Counted from the stretch's first letter, positions 19,251-29,841 are shown. The stretch: 64,000 bases of DNA from a virus (IMGVR_UViG_3300036884_000676), one strand, 5' to 3'. The notes: generated by a model not told the origin, from the sequence alone. Numbers and translations: made by a program.

Positions 19251-19782
19251 TTTTATAAAAATATTAGATCCTGAAACAGAATTAGAAAGAAAAATTTTAA
19301 TTGACCCTATTTTCATAAAAGGTGTTCAGTACGGTAGATCAAGACCCGGCCATCCCGAAGGACAAATCATATTTCATATTAGAGATATTTTTAGAAATAT
19401 TGATAATTGTAAATATGTTAACCCCGAAGAAAGAAGAAAACTCAGACTGATTGCTCTTTTTCATGACACTTGTAAATTTCAAGTGAATTACGATTTACCA
19501 AGAGTAGGTGATAATCATCATGGTTATTTGGCTCGCAAATTCGCTGAAAAATATATCACTGATGAAGATATACTCCAGATAATAGACCATCATGATGACG
19601 CTTATAACATATGGAAAAGATCCAGTAAGAGAAATGAATGGGATAAAGGTGAAAAAGATTTACTTAAACTCGTTGATAAAATAAATGATATAAATTTATA
19701 CTCTTGGTTTTATTTCTGTGATAATAGTACTGGAAACAAAAGTCAAGGTGATTATGAATGGTTTTTAAATATAACAGCATGA
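19243..19782 (+). CDS. HD-domain protein
   Basis: HPEG...H, LFHDTCK, HHG, HHDD, CDN. Confidence 0.7.
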   Translation: MIDFIKILDPETELERKILIDPIFIKGVQYGRSRPGHPEGQIIFHIRDIFRNIDNCKYVNPEERRKLRLIALFHDTCKFQVNYDLPRVGDNHHGYLARKFAEKYITDEDILQIIDHHDDAYNIWKRSSKRNEWDKGEKDLLKLVDKINDINLYSWFYFCDNSTGNKSQGDYEWFLNITA

Positions 19783-19901
19783 AAAAATTAGTATTCGTAT
19801 TTGTATCTTTTCTGGTATCATCATGTGTACATGAAAGATGTGCAGCGTATGGTGGTGAAAAAAGACACTATCAGATAGATTCCAGAAGTTTTAAAAAATA
19901 G
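19779..19901 (+). CDS. 40-aa micro-lipoprotein MKKLVFVFVSFLVSSCVHERCAAYGGEKRHYQIDSRSFKK
   Basis: Manual translation; lipobox VSSC; ATGA overlap with upstream gene. Confidence 0.7.
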   Translation: MKKLVFVFVSFLVSSCVHERCAAYGGEKRHYQIDSRSFKK

Positions 19902-19905
19902 TATC

Positions 19906-20046
19906 ATGAGAAAAATTATTTTTTTTCTACTATTCGTATTTGTATCTTTTTTGGTTTCATCCTGTGTGGTGGAACAACCGAAATGTTCAGCATATGGAGA
20001 AAAGCAAAGATATCAAAAAAATCCCAGTGATTGGGAAAGAAAATAA
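19906..20046 (+). CDS. 46-aa micro-lipoprotein paralog MRKIIFFLLFVFVSFLVSSCVVEQPKCSAYGEKQRYQKNPSDWERK
   Basis: Manual translation; shares FVFVSFLVSSC and CxAYG with the previous ORF. Confidence 0.7.
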   Translation: MRKIIFFLLFVFVSFLVSSCVVEQPKCSAYGEKQRYQKNPSDWERK

Positions 20047-20608
20047 TGGAATTATTGATTTTGAGGGTACAATTGTAAAACCAAATAAATCAGGTGTTTA
20101 CAAATGTCCATTTCATTGTGGTGATCCCCGTTATTCATTGCCAAAATGGAAAACCGAAAAAGGGTTCAGACAACATATGGAGAAATGTCCAAAAAGACCA
20201 TTTCATGTCAATTCTATAAAAGAAAAGGAAACTGTCATTAAGGAACTTTTCGATAAGATGAAAGAAGAACTTATTCCTACCTTACCTTATACAATCGGAC
20301 AAAAGTTAATCTATGTAAAAGAGATAATTCTGAAACCGACCCATGTTCAAAGAGGGAATAGAATGGTTAAAGTCAGATATGAGGCCGTTAAAGATTTTCA
20401 AGCAAGAGAAGAAGAATTAAAAACTATTGATGTCCGATGGCTTGGATTTGTACCAAAAAATTTGGAGGATATGAAACATTATATTCTTCTGAATAACCAT
20501 ATAAGTCCTTCGGAATTATGTAAAACTATGGAAGAAGCTGAGTTGAAAGCACGATCAGATAAAAAATCATATCAAGAAGATTGTGATTTTGCTTCCATGT
20601 GTAGATAA
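19940..20608 (+). CDS. Hypothetical Zn-finger-like protein; true start probably near 20025
   Basis: CPFHC...H...C motif; the annotated N-terminus overlaps the lipoprotein gene. Confidence 0.55.
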   Translation: MYLFWFHPVWWNNRNVQHMEKSKDIKKIPVIGKENNGIIDFEGTIVKPNKSGVYKCPFHCGDPRYSLPKWKTEKGFRQHMEKCPKRPFHVNSIKEKETVIKELFDKMKEELIPTLPYTIGQKLIYVKEIILKPTHVQRGNRMVKVRYEAVKDFQAREEELKTIDVRWLGFVPKNLEDMKHYILLNNHISPSELCKTMEEAELKARSDKKSYQEDCDFASMCR

Positions 20609-20609
20609 T

Positions 20610-21458
20610 TTATAAAGTGAATTGATATTTATTCTGTAAATATTTTTCGTAAATTTCTAAATTCTGTTTTATCTTCGGTAGTTTTTTAAGGAAAGATTCT
20701 ACACTTAAATTGGTATAAGATACTTTGAGTCTTTCATAATAATGTAAATCTTCATCGTCAACATCTCCCCTCATATTTTTATACATATTATCAATAGCTT
20801 TATTCCAAAGTTCGTCCTCTTCCTTTTGTTCTTCTGGTGTCGGTTCAATATATTGATCACTCAATGGATTACGATTCATATTAAATAACTGGTTTATTGG
20901 AGATGTACTTTCTTCACCGGGATCTTTTGGATTCTTTGGTTCTTTCATCATATTAAACAAATTATTATCTTTTTGGATTTTATTGATATGAGTTACGAAT
21001 AAAAGTTTTATTTTTCCTTTTTTATATCCTAAATAACTATCTCCCGGTTCAAGTTTGGCTCTGTATTGAACCCACATTTCTATACTGGCGGTATATCCTT
21101 TTTTCTTTTCAATTTCTTTCTCTTTTTTAAAATGTAAAGCATAATCCTTTTCGTGTTCGTACCCCGTATTACATTCAAAATTTTTAAATTGTGGAATTTC
21201 TTTTATTATCTTATGGTATAACATTTCAGCTATACCGTATGTTCCGCCAAATCTTTTTCTCATTGCATCAGACATTGACATATTTAAATCGACTGAAGCT
21301 GGACCAGAAAATAACTGATGCCTAAATCTCTTATATGGCTCCTTGAATGGAGAATCTGCTTTAGTCATCCCTTTTATTTCCTCAGGTGAAAATTTACCTA
21401 CAAGATCAGGTGAATCGGCCTGTTCGAAAAATTTTTTCCAATTTTTAAGATATTTCAT
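20610..21458 (-). CDS. Hypothetical protein with CTS-like N-terminus (MKYLKNWKKFFEQ)
   Basis: TAATATATA upstream; shared N-terminal motif. Confidence 0.6.
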   Translation of the reverse strand: MKYLKNWKKFFEQADSPDLVGKFSPEEIKGMTKADSPFKEPYKRFRHQLFSGPASVDLNMSMSDAMRKRFGGTYGIAEMLYHKIIKEIPQFKNFECNTGYEHEKDYALHFKKEKEIEKKKGYTASIEMWVQYRAKLEPGDSYLGYKKGKIKLLFVTHINKIQKDNNLFNMMKEPKNPKDPGEESTSPINQLFNMNRNPLSDQYIEPTPEEQKEEDELWNKAIDNMYKNMRGDVDDEDLHYYERLKVSYTNLSVESFLKKLPKIKQNLEIYEKYLQNKYQFTL

Positions 21459-21542
21459 TGAAACTATCCTCTTTTTGTTTATATATTATTTTTTTATTCC
21501 AGAAAAACTTCGTAATTTTGTTTAAAATTAAGTAGTATCCAT

Positions 21543-23315
21543 ATGAATAAGAACATTAAGATATCCCTCAACCAGATTAATACCGTAACTGGTGATATCA
21601 AAGGAAATTACAGTAAAATATTGGATCTTACCCATAAGGCTATTTCTGATGGAGCGGACATCATTGTATTTCCCGAAACATCGGTAACAGGATATTGTGT
21701 TGGTTCTCTGTGGGATAATGTAGATTTTATTTTTGAACAGGAAAATTGTATCAAAGATTTGATTAAAATTATTCCTCATGATAAAGCCCTTATCATTGGT
21801 TATATCAGTTATCATGGAGCTAAACCTGATGGTTTCCCATTACTTCGTAATAGTGTCGCTGTTATCAATCAAAATAAATTACAGAGGTACGACAAACAAC
21901 TTCTCGCCAACGCTGATCATCACGAGGATAGAAAATATTTTAAGCCGGGAAAGAAATCCAAAGTATTTGAACTTCATTTAAAAGATGGTGAAACCTTAAA
22001 GGTAGGTGTTCCTATTTGTGAAGATGCTTGGTATATGAATCATTTCCGTAATATTCCAAAAGAAATGATTAATTTGGGGGCCGAAATTTTGATTATTCCC
22101 AATCAATCTTATTTCTATTATGGTAAGGATTTACTCCGTGAAAAACTTTTCAGTACCATCGCTAATGAGTATCATATTCCAGTTATCACCCTCAATTCTG
22201 TTGGAATTGGTGATATTGTAAAGAACATCATCATATATGATGGAAGTTCAATGGTATTCAACGAAAACGGTGAAAAACTAAGACATTTCAAGAAATTCGG
22301 GGAACAATCTGATATTATTGATTTATTTACCAGTAAATCTTCTTTATATCATAATGAATACTTCGAAAATTATACCACAAAACCAAAATTTGAAGAAATC
22401 ATTGACGCTATCTGTTTTGAACAGAAAGAAATGTTTCGTCTGTTGGGTATAAAGAAGGCTCAGGTTCATCTTTCTGGTGGAATTGATAGTATCATAGTCG
22501 CGGTTCTTTGTATCCTCTCTATGGGGAAAGAAAACTGTGTTTTTATAACAAATCCGACTTCACTTAACACTAAAAGTCTGAAACTTGTTCATAAGATGGT
22601 TAAAACTCTTGGAGTTGACTTATACACCGATGAATTAGATGAAATTGTTAACGCTCTCAAAAAGGCTGATACCAAAGCATTCGGAGAAACCACATCCAAA
22701 ATTCAGGGTGAAATTGAAACAGTGTTTCACGCCGTTGGTAGGACAGTTCAGGGATTAGCGGCCACTCATCGTTTCGGTAGTGGTATAGTCGCCACAGGTA
22801 ATCATACAGAAATCGTTCTTGGTTGGTGTAACTTTCATGACATTGGTTCAATTGGAGTACATTCAATCATTGGTGATTTAACCAAATTGGAACTCTATCA
22901 ATTATCTCAGGTATTGAATGATAAATGTCGTGAGATGTACAATGGTGAGAATGTTATTCCTGAGGAATTGTTTAATGGAAAAGTTCTCCCCGCAGCTGAT
23001 TTACCAGATAGTAAACTTGACCCATTTGATTATTACATTCAGTCTGGATTATGTGCCGCTTACATTCGTGAAAGAAAATCCAGAAATCAGTTGATCGAAG
23101 ATTTTAAAAATCACAGATTGAATCCTGATTTCTTTCCCTCAAATGTATATGAGAAATATACTATGGAACAGTTTATCAAGGAAGTTGAAATCACAATGTC
23201 AAGAAGTAGAACTTCCGTATTCAAGGCCGCACAGCATGCACCTATTGTGATATTAAGTCCTCGTAGTAGGGGGTTCTCAAATCGTGAAACCATTTTGAAC
23301 AAATATATATCATGA
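21543..23315 (+). CDS. nadE: Glutamine-dependent NAD+ synthetase
   Basis: Nitrilase triad (FPET, YDKQLL, PICED) followed by LSGGIDS, TGNHTE, IGDLTK. Confidence 0.92.
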   Translation: MNKNIKISLNQINTVTGDIKGNYSKILDLTHKAISDGADIIVFPETSVTGYCVGSLWDNVDFIFEQENCIKDLIKIIPHDKALIIGYISYHGAKPDGFPLLRNSVAVINQNKLQRYDKQLLANADHHEDRKYFKPGKKSKVFELHLKDGETLKVGVPICEDAWYMNHFRNIPKEMINLGAEILIIPNQSYFYYGKDLLREKLFSTIANEYHIPVITLNSVGIGDIVKNIIIYDGSSMVFNENGEKLRHFKKFGEQSDIIDLFTSKSSLYHNEYFENYTTKPKFEEIIDAICFEQKEMFRLLGIKKAQVHLSGGIDSIIVAVLCILSMGKENCVFITNPTSLNTKSLKLVHKMVKTLGVDLYTDELDEIVNALKKADTKAFGETTSKIQGEIETVFHAVGRTVQGLAATHRFGSGIVATGNHTEIVLGWCNFHDIGSIGVHSIIGDLTKLELYQLSQVLNDKCREMYNGENVIPEELFNGKVLPAADLPDSKLDPFDYYIQSGLCAAYIRERKSRNQLIEDFKNHRLNPDFFPSNVYEKYTMEQFIKEVEITMSRSRTSVFKAAQHAPIVILSPRSRGFSNRETILNKYIS

Positions 23316-23557
23316 ATAAAAAAATTGAAATATTCGATGAACTTATTGAATTAACTCAAAATGAGATTGATAAAATTCAGAAAGATATATACAAAATAGA
23401 AGATAAGAATCTTTCAAAAAAATCCAAAAGATATTTTATATCCAATTTAGAAAAGCAAATTAAAAAATTGGAGAGAAATATAAAGAACATCGAAGAAATA
23501 AAAAAGGACTTAAAAGATTATTATAAACTGAAAAAGAAAAACAAAAAGAATATTTAA
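23312..23557 (+). CDS. Coiled-coil hypothetical protein
   Basis: Coupled ORF. Confidence 0.5.
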   Translation: MNKKIEIFDELIELTQNEIDKIQKDIYKIEDKNLSKKSKRYFISNLEKQIKKLERNIKNIEEIKKDLKDYYKLKKKNKKNI

Positions 23558-23584
23558 TTATATAATCTAAAAAGAAACTCTGAT

Positions 23585-24307
23585 ATGAACTTAGAATTTA
23601 CAGAAATCGACAATGTGATAATTGTACCCGAATGTACAGCATCAATGAATGTAGATCCACAAAAAGGATTTACTCCATTATGTCCTGAAGAACTTCCTGT
23701 TCCAGAAGGTGACAAAATTGTCAATGAATTGAATGGTCAAAACTCTATCACTAAATATAAACTTGTGTCTAAGGATGTTCATCCTAAAAACGCAGCTTGG
23801 ATCGCTACACCAGAGAATCCCCAATTATCAGTTGTCGGACTTCCTGATGTTGATGTTCGTTGGAACAGACATTGTGAATCTGGTACTCGTGGAATGGAAC
23901 TTCTTGATGGATTACCAAAAATGACAGAATACGACTTTTTTGTTGGTAAGGGTTTCGAACCGAATCTTCATCCATATTCAGCTTGTTATCATGATGTGGC
24001 AAAAACAATATCTACTGGTGTCATTGAATGGTTGAATCAACATAATATTTTAACGGTTATTGTTGGTGGATTGGCACTTAATGTAGAAGAAACCCCTCTT
24101 TGCGTTGGTCATACAGTAATTGATCTCGCTGAGGCTGGTTTTCAGGTCGTTCTTAATTTAGGAGCTGTTCGTGGACTTGGAACAATTGAAGGTCAGGAAA
24201 AATTTATTGAAATGTTGAAAAATAAATATAATGTATTTGTTGTTAATTCTTATAAAGATATTAGCACCAATCTTACATTTGATTTACCATATACTGGAAC
24301 AGTTTAA
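23585..24307 (+). CDS. pncA: Nicotinamidase
   Basis: VDPQKGF, KDVH, WNRHC, GKG, YSA, GLA...CV..T. Confidence 0.88.
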   Translation: MNLEFTEIDNVIIVPECTASMNVDPQKGFTPLCPEELPVPEGDKIVNELNGQNSITKYKLVSKDVHPKNAAWIATPENPQLSVVGLPDVDVRWNRHCESGTRGMELLDGLPKMTEYDFFVGKGFEPNLHPYSACYHDVAKTISTGVIEWLNQHNILTVIVGGLALNVEETPLCVGHTVIDLAEAGFQVVLNLGAVRGLGTIEGQEKFIEMLKNKYNVFVVNSYKDISTNLTFDLPYTGTV

Positions 24308-24318
24308 TATTCTGTATT

Positions 24319-24606
24319 ATGAACTCAACTGAAAAAATAGAACAGTTACAATCTGAAATCGAGAAAGAACAACAAAAGATTAAGAATTGTAAACACACAT
24401 GGGGTAAAGTGAAATATGATCCATATACAATAAAAGAACCAACTTTTTCACATTTCATTCCACATGGTTCAGACCCAGAACCAGTTTATAACTGGTCAAA
24501 TAAAACTGTTTCAAGATGGAGTAGGACTTGTACTGAATGTGGACATACTGAATATACAGAAAAAACGGGTCCTGTTGAACCTCTAAAAAATGAACCAAAA
24601 TTTTAA
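24319..24606 (+). CDS. Hypothetical protein with CxH and CxxC motifs
   Basis: CKHTW...RTCTECG. Confidence 0.55.
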   Translation: MNSTEKIEQLQSEIEKEQQKIKNCKHTWGKVKYDPYTIKEPTFSHFIPHGSDPEPVYNWSNKTVSRWSRTCTECGHTEYTEKTGPVEPLKNEPKF

Positions 24607-25238
24607 TGTTTGATATAAATAATTTCTTAGAAGGATATGACTTTCTTCTCAATAAAATGTTTCAAATCTTCGAATTAAAAAAGAAATACTCAACAAAAGT
24701 ATTACTTAATTTGGATTTGAAAGACGCCTATCTTACTTTTGATAAACATCCCAACGGTAAAATTGAAATTAATCTAAGGAATAAGCAATTCGGGGGAGCC
24801 CCTGTTTGTGGTGTATTCAATGATGAAATAGATCAGCCATTGGAGATTTTTGAAAAGAATTTAAAAGAATTTCAAGAGGATTTTCTAAAAAAGAAAAAAG
24901 AAGAAGAAGCTGATATTACCAAAAAGGGATTTACTGAATTACAGTCAATTACAATCGGATTAAAAACTTATCCACAAATTAAGATTATAAAGAGTACTGG
25001 TATAATTGATTTTAGAACCAGTAAAATGATAAAATGTTCTTGGGAAAGACCAATTGAGAAATCAACGGCTGATAAATTATTGAAACTAAAAAAAAGAGAT
25101 CTGGTTTTAACCGATGGTGATGTGAATTTTATTTGTCATAAGATAAGTAAAATCGAATTAATAACAAATAAAACATCAGCAGGAACGAATGTTTGTTTCG
25201 GTATGACCATTGAATTTAAAAATGGAGAAAGGAAATGA
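24606..25238 (+). CDS. Hypothetical protein
   Basis: Coupled ORF. Confidence 0.55.
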   Translation: MFDINNFLEGYDFLLNKMFQIFELKKKYSTKVLLNLDLKDAYLTFDKHPNGKIEINLRNKQFGGAPVCGVFNDEIDQPLEIFEKNLKEFQEDFLKKKKEEEADITKKGFTELQSITIGLKTYPQIKIIKSTGIIDFRTSKMIKCSWERPIEKSTADKLLKLKKRDLVLTDGDVNFICHKISKIELITNKTSAGTNVCFGMTIEFKNGERK

Positions 25239-25241
25239 TGT

Positions 25242-25643
25242 ATGGACAACAGGAGAGAAATATTAGAACAGAGGATTGAAGAACTTAAAAAGAAAAGAGG
25301 GGTTGATTGGGTAAGTCCTTATGATCCTGAACTTGGATTTGTAACAGAAGCTGATGAAATTAGAAAAATTGTTTTAAATGCTCATAAAACAGGTGATACT
25401 TCCGAATTGAATAAAATTCATCCAGATAGAGATTTTGTGGGATTATATCCTGAGGAAATGAAAACTTATGATAAGGATGGTAAAATAATTGATTTAAAAG
25501 ATCTTCTCAAAAAAGATCCTTTCTTAGCTATACTTCTTAAAGATAGAAAAAGACTTAAAGAAAAATTAATAGAGGATGAACAACAAATAGAAAAATTACA
25601 AAAAGAACTGAACGATCTCAAAGAACAGTTAAAAAAACAATAA
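25242..25643 (+). CDS. Hypothetical coiled-coil protein
   Basis: ORF in operon. Confidence 0.55.
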   Translation: MDNRREILEQRIEELKKKRGVDWVSPYDPELGFVTEADEIRKIVLNAHKTGDTSELNKIHPDRDFVGLYPEEMKTYDKDGKIIDLKDLLKKDPFLAILLKDRKRLKEKLIEDEQQIEKLQKELNDLKEQLKKQ

Positions 25644-25650
25644 ACGAAAT

Positions 25651-26322
25651 ATGGACGAATTCACAAAATATGCTACCCGACATATGGGTATTAACAGTTT
25701 AACACTGGATAAATATAAATCAATAGCCTCAAATTACATTTCACCAACTATTATTGAAGAAAGACAACTCAATGTTGTTACGATGGATGTGTTTTCACGA
25801 TTGATGATGGATAGAATTATTTTTTTGGGTGTTCCCATTGATGATTATGTTGCTAATATCATTCAAGCACAATTATTATTCTTAGAATCGGTTGATAGTG
25901 GTAAAGATATTCAAATTTATCTTAACAGTCCGGGTGGATCTGTTTACGCTGGACTTGGTATCTACGATACAATGCAATATATCAACTCAGAGGTTGCTAC
26001 TATTTGTACAGGTATGGCCGCCTCAATGGCCGCCATTCTTTTATGTGCCGGAACAAATGGTAAGAGAACTGCTTTACAACATTCTCGTATTTTGATCCAT
26101 CAACCTATGGGAATGGCTGAAGGTCAAGCATCAGATATGGAGATCACAGTTAAAGAAATTAATAAACTCAAAAAAGAGTTATACGAAATCATAGCTTTAC
26201 ATTCTGGTCAGACTTTTAAAAAAGTGGAGAAAGATTCGGATCGTGATTATTGGATGACTTCAATCGAAGCTAAGAATTATGGTATTATTGATGAAATCCT
26301 TGAGAAGAAAATAGTCGGATAA
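25651..26322 (+). CDS. clpP: Clp protease proteolytic subunit with a Bacteroidota-type N-terminus
   Basis: DVFSRLMMDRIIFLG, INSPGGSV, AASMAA, IHQP, DSDRDYWM. Confidence 0.96.
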   Translation: MDEFTKYATRHMGINSLTLDKYKSIASNYISPTIIEERQLNVVTMDVFSRLMMDRIIFLGVPIDDYVANIIQAQLLFLESVDSGKDIQIYLNSPGGSVYAGLGIYDTMQYINSEVATICTGMAASMAAILLCAGTNGKRTALQHSRILIHQPMGMAEGQASDMEITVKEINKLKKELYEIIALHSGQTFKKVEKDSDRDYWMTSIEAKNYGIIDEILEKKIVG

Positions 26323-26369
26323 TTTTTTTATTCAATAATATTTCTTATATTTGAGGAAATAAGAAAATT

Positions 26370-26678
26370 ATGAAGATAAGAATTCAAGTGATTGAAAATA
26401 GTAATGAGTCACTATCAATATCCTATACTTTACAGAAACTAACCTTAGTTGGTTGGGTTAATTTACAATTATCTGATGTCTGGAAAGAAAAACTTCCCTA
26501 TTTAGATGGAATTTCACCCATCCGATTCTTCGGAAAGGCCGGGAGTAGTTGTACTGATTCAGAAAAAGCTAAAACAGTCAAGACTTTTTTGAATAAATCC
26601 AAATATCTTGATGATTCTATGTACGAACTAATTTTTGGTTATAAACCTATACATAAGAAAGTTAGTTATCTCTATTAA
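26370..26678 (+). CDS. Hypothetical protein
   Basis: ORF after TATATTTG promoter. Confidence 0.55.
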   Translation: MKIRIQVIENSNESLSISYTLQKLTLVGWVNLQLSDVWKEKLPYLDGISPIRFFGKAGSSCTDSEKAKTVKTFLNKSKYLDDSMYELIFGYKPIHKKVSYLY

Positions 26679-27018
26679 GATGAAAAAAGAACCAATTCTT
26701 ATTACAGAAGATGGTGTACCATACTATGATGAAAATAAGTTGGTCTGGGATACACATGATTTTTCCTCTGGTGATCCTGCTATAATAGTTAATCCTACAT
26801 TTTTAGATCAAACACCTGTAAAATATGCTAAAAATATTGATCGAATGTTTTTTCATAGTAAGAAAAAAGCATTGGAATATATGAAAGATAACATAAGATT
26901 TTTAGCTTTGACTGACATTGATAAACTATCAAATGGTATTAATGAAGGAAATATAATTATCAATAGAAAAGATTTAATAAAATTACTCAGAAAAAGAATA
27001 AACGATGAAAACTGTTAG
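26635..27018 (+). CDS. Hypothetical protein
   Basis: ORF string. Confidence 0.5.
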   Translation: MVINLYIRKLVISIKMKKEPILITEDGVPYYDENKLVWDTHDFSSGDPAIIVNPTFLDQTPVKYAKNIDRMFFHSKKKALEYMKDNIRFLALTDIDKLSNGINEGNIIINRKDLIKLLRKRINDENC

Positions 27019-27295
27019 TATACCAGCTAATGTTCATTTACCCAAGGTCGAAGTCGAAATCGATCCACTTGATGTCTTAAAAGAATTAGAGGAAGAATTT
27101 TTAGATAAATATGGATGGATTGAAAAAAAAGGAAAGAAATATTTTTTAATGTATCCAGAACTCAGCTTTGATGAAAAGAGTTATCAAGTACGTCAAGTAT
27201 CTACGAATGAAGTGAAATTTATTGATGCTATTCATACGATGCAAACTTTTTTACAAGAAAAAAATAAGAAATCAAAATCAAAACCAAAATCTTAA
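27005..27295 (+). CDS. Hypothetical protein
   Basis: ORF string. Confidence 0.5.
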   Translation: MKTVSIPANVHLPKVEVEIDPLDVLKELEEEFLDKYGWIEKKGKKYFLMYPELSFDEKSYQVRQVSTNEVKFIDAIHTMQTFLQEKNKKSKSKPKS

Positions 27296-27308
27296 CAAAA
27301 AACTCACA

Positions 27309-29354
27309 ATGAAAAAACTCGCAATTATTTTTATGTCATTACTATTTGTAGTAATGGTTGGTTATTCTCAGAAATTCAATCCTGATTCGGGATACAGATT
27401 AACAAAGGATACCTTACAATTAAATGAGGTTACTATCAGTTCCTTTCTTCCATACCAAGCAACAACCTTGATGCCAATCACTTTTAAGAATTTATATAAA
27501 GCTGATTTGGGATTGAAAAATTATGGTCAAGAACCAAGTAGGATTTTAAATACCACTCCATCTATAACCACTTATTCGGAATCAGGTGGTGATTGGGGTT
27601 ATTCTTATATAAGATTAAGAGGTATTGATCAAACCAGAATAAACACCACTCTTAATGGTGTTCCAATGAATGAACCAGAGGATCAAGGATGTTATTTCTC
27701 AAATTATCCTGATTTTCTTCAGTCTGTTGATATGTTACAAATACAGAGAGGAACAGGAATGACTAAAAATGGGTCAGCCAGTTATGTTGGAAGTATGAAT
27801 TTCGAATCATATAAACCATCTACATCAAGTGTAGGGGCCTTTTTCGGAGCTGGATCATTCGGATCAACCAAAATTTCAATGAATACTGAACAAAATTGGA
27901 AAAAAGGTGGGTTATATGCTTCATTTTCTGACCTTGAAACAAAAGGTTATAAATATCATTCTGGTAATCATTCCAGAAGTGCTTTTCTTGTGGGAAATTA
28001 TACAACTGGAAGAAATCAATTTAAATTTGTTGGTTTTGCTGGTGAACAAATGAACCAATTAGCTTGGTTGGGTGTTCCAATAGATAGTATCAATTTAGAC
28101 CGTAGATATAACACTTGTACCACTCGTGAAAATGATCATTTTAATCAATATCATTTGCAATTTCATCACACCTATATTATAGATAATAAATCCAGATTTA
28201 ATTATTGTGTCTATTATAATTATTTGAATGGTTTCTATACTTATGATGGAATTCATAATGGAACATGGGATACTATATCATCTGGTAAATATAATTTATA
28301 TGCATATCATCTTTATTCTAACTTCTTAGGTACTAATGTAAACTATTATATTAAACTTGGACCATTGGATTTTTATACAGGGGTTAATGGTTCTAAGTAT
28401 GATAGGGAACATCATGGAACAACAAATGATATCTATACTTACAAAAATACAGGATTCAGAGATGATTTAAGTGGATTTGTTAAAGGTATTTTAAACGCTG
28501 GAAGTTTCAATTTTTATGGTGATGTTCAATATCGTTATACTACTTTTGTTTATAATGGTGATGTTTATCTACAACATTTTATTTGGAATTTTCTGAATTA
28601 TAGTGTTGGTGTTGAATATAAAGCCAAACACAACATCCTTTATTATTCCATTGGTAAAACACATCGAGAACCTATTCGTAATGATATGTTTGGTGGTTAT
28701 GATAATCTATCGTCTGATCCTCTTGGAAAAGCTGTTTTTTATGATTTAAAACCAGAATCAGTATTGGATCAGGAATTTGGCTATCGTTATATCATAGGAA
28801 ATTTAAATTTGAACATCAATCTATATTATATGTTATTCAAAGATGAATTAGTATTAACGGGAGCTTACGGGCCAACAGGATTACCACTTCATGAAAATGT
28901 AGATAACAGTTTCAGGTCAGGATTTGAATTCGATTTTAAATACAGATGGAAATTTGGATTAACATTACTTCAAAATGTATCCTATAATTATAGTAAAATA
29001 ACATGGACAAATAAACAAACAACTCCTGTCTTAACACCAGAATGGCTATCAAATACTGAAGTAAATTATAATTACAAATGGTTTATAATCGGTTTGAGTG
29101 GTAGGTATCAAAGTTGGTCTTATATTGATCAAAGAAACAACTTCACCATTCCAAGTTTTTATACACTGAATGCTATGATTGGATTAAAATGGTCATGGGG
29201 AGAATGGGATATTTATTTGAATAACATAACTGATCAAAAAACTTTATCGAGTGGTATGGTTTCTGGTGATGGGACTCCTTATAATCAATTTATTCCTCTG
29301 TATTATGTGAATGCACCATTTAATTTCTTTACTGGACTTAAATTTAAAATGTAA
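27309..29354 (+). CDS. TonB-dependent outer-membrane receptor
   Basis: Signal peptide, TonB-box-like LNEVTIS, plug IRLRGIDQTRINTTLNGVPMN, C-terminal FFTGLKFKM. Confidence 0.9.
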   Translation: MKKLAIIFMSLLFVVMVGYSQKFNPDSGYRLTKDTLQLNEVTISSFLPYQATTLMPITFKNLYKADLGLKNYGQEPSRILNTTPSITTYSESGGDWGYSYIRLRGIDQTRINTTLNGVPMNEPEDQGCYFSNYPDFLQSVDMLQIQRGTGMTKNGSASYVGSMNFESYKPSTSSVGAFFGAGSFGSTKISMNTEQNWKKGGLYASFSDLETKGYKYHSGNHSRSAFLVGNYTTGRNQFKFVGFAGEQMNQLAWLGVPIDSINLDRRYNTCTTRENDHFNQYHLQFHHTYIIDNKSRFNYCVYYNYLNGFYTYDGIHNGTWDTISSGKYNLYAYHLYSNFLGTNVNYYIKLGPLDFYTGVNGSKYDREHHGTTNDIYTYKNTGFRDDLSGFVKGILNAGSFNFYGDVQYRYTTFVYNGDVYLQHFIWNFLNYSVGVEYKAKHNILYYSIGKTHREPIRNDMFGGYDNLSSDPLGKAVFYDLKPESVLDQEFGYRYIIGNLNLNINLYYMLFKDELVLTGAYGPTGLPLHENVDNSFRSGFEFDFKYRWKFGLTLLQNVSYNYSKITWTNKQTTPVLTPEWLSNTEVNYNYKWFIIGLSGRYQSWSYIDQRNNFTIPSFYTLNAMIGLKWSWGEWDIYLNNITDQKTLSSGMVSGDGTPYNQFIPLYYVNAPFNFFTGLKFKM

Positions 29355-29647
29355 TGAAAACGGAAGAAGCCATTAAAATTATAAAGTTAAATGAAAGAAA
29401 ACCGAGATTCACCAAGAAAGGTGGTTTTATGGTTTCTTTTGAGAAAAAAGAGGGTCATATTTTAGCATCTCATCATTTTCCTGATAAACATACTGGTGAA
29501 CCATTGATTCGAACTGAGGAAGAAGCTTGGAATTTAGCTAAAAGATTTGCCACATCTACTGATGATTCATATGTAAATATATATGTAACCGATAGTGAAT
29601 GGCGTCCAGTAAAAGGATATTACGAAAAAACAATCAGGAGATATTAA
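29354..29647 (+). CDS. Hypothetical protein
   Basis: TAATG coupling. Confidence 0.55.
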   Translation: MKTEEAIKIIKLNERKPRFTKKGGFMVSFEKKEGHILASHHFPDKHTGEPLIRTEEEAWNLAKRFATSTDDSYVNIYVTDSEWRPVKGYYEKTIRRY

Positions 29648-29841
29648 TGATGGAGAAAACATGGAAAGATCTCAACGAAGATCAAAAAATAAAATACAAA
29701 GAATATTGTGATAACAAATATGGTAAAACCGTTGTATTTTGTGAAACAGGTGAGCCTTTGTATTTTGATGAAAATATAAATTTAAGAATGTCATGGGTCG
29801 TTATCGAATTACTCTTTGGTAATTTAGAACCATTATTTTAA
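29647..29841 (+). CDS. Hypothetical protein
   Basis: TAATG coupling. Confidence 0.5.
   Translation: MMEKTWKDLNEDQKIKYKEYCDNKYGKTVVFCETGEPLYFDENINLRMSWVVIELLFGNLEPLF

Noticed and set aside
19940-20025. Annotated N-terminus of ORF 19940
   Set aside because: It overlaps the better-supported lipoprotein gene 19906-20046 in another frame.
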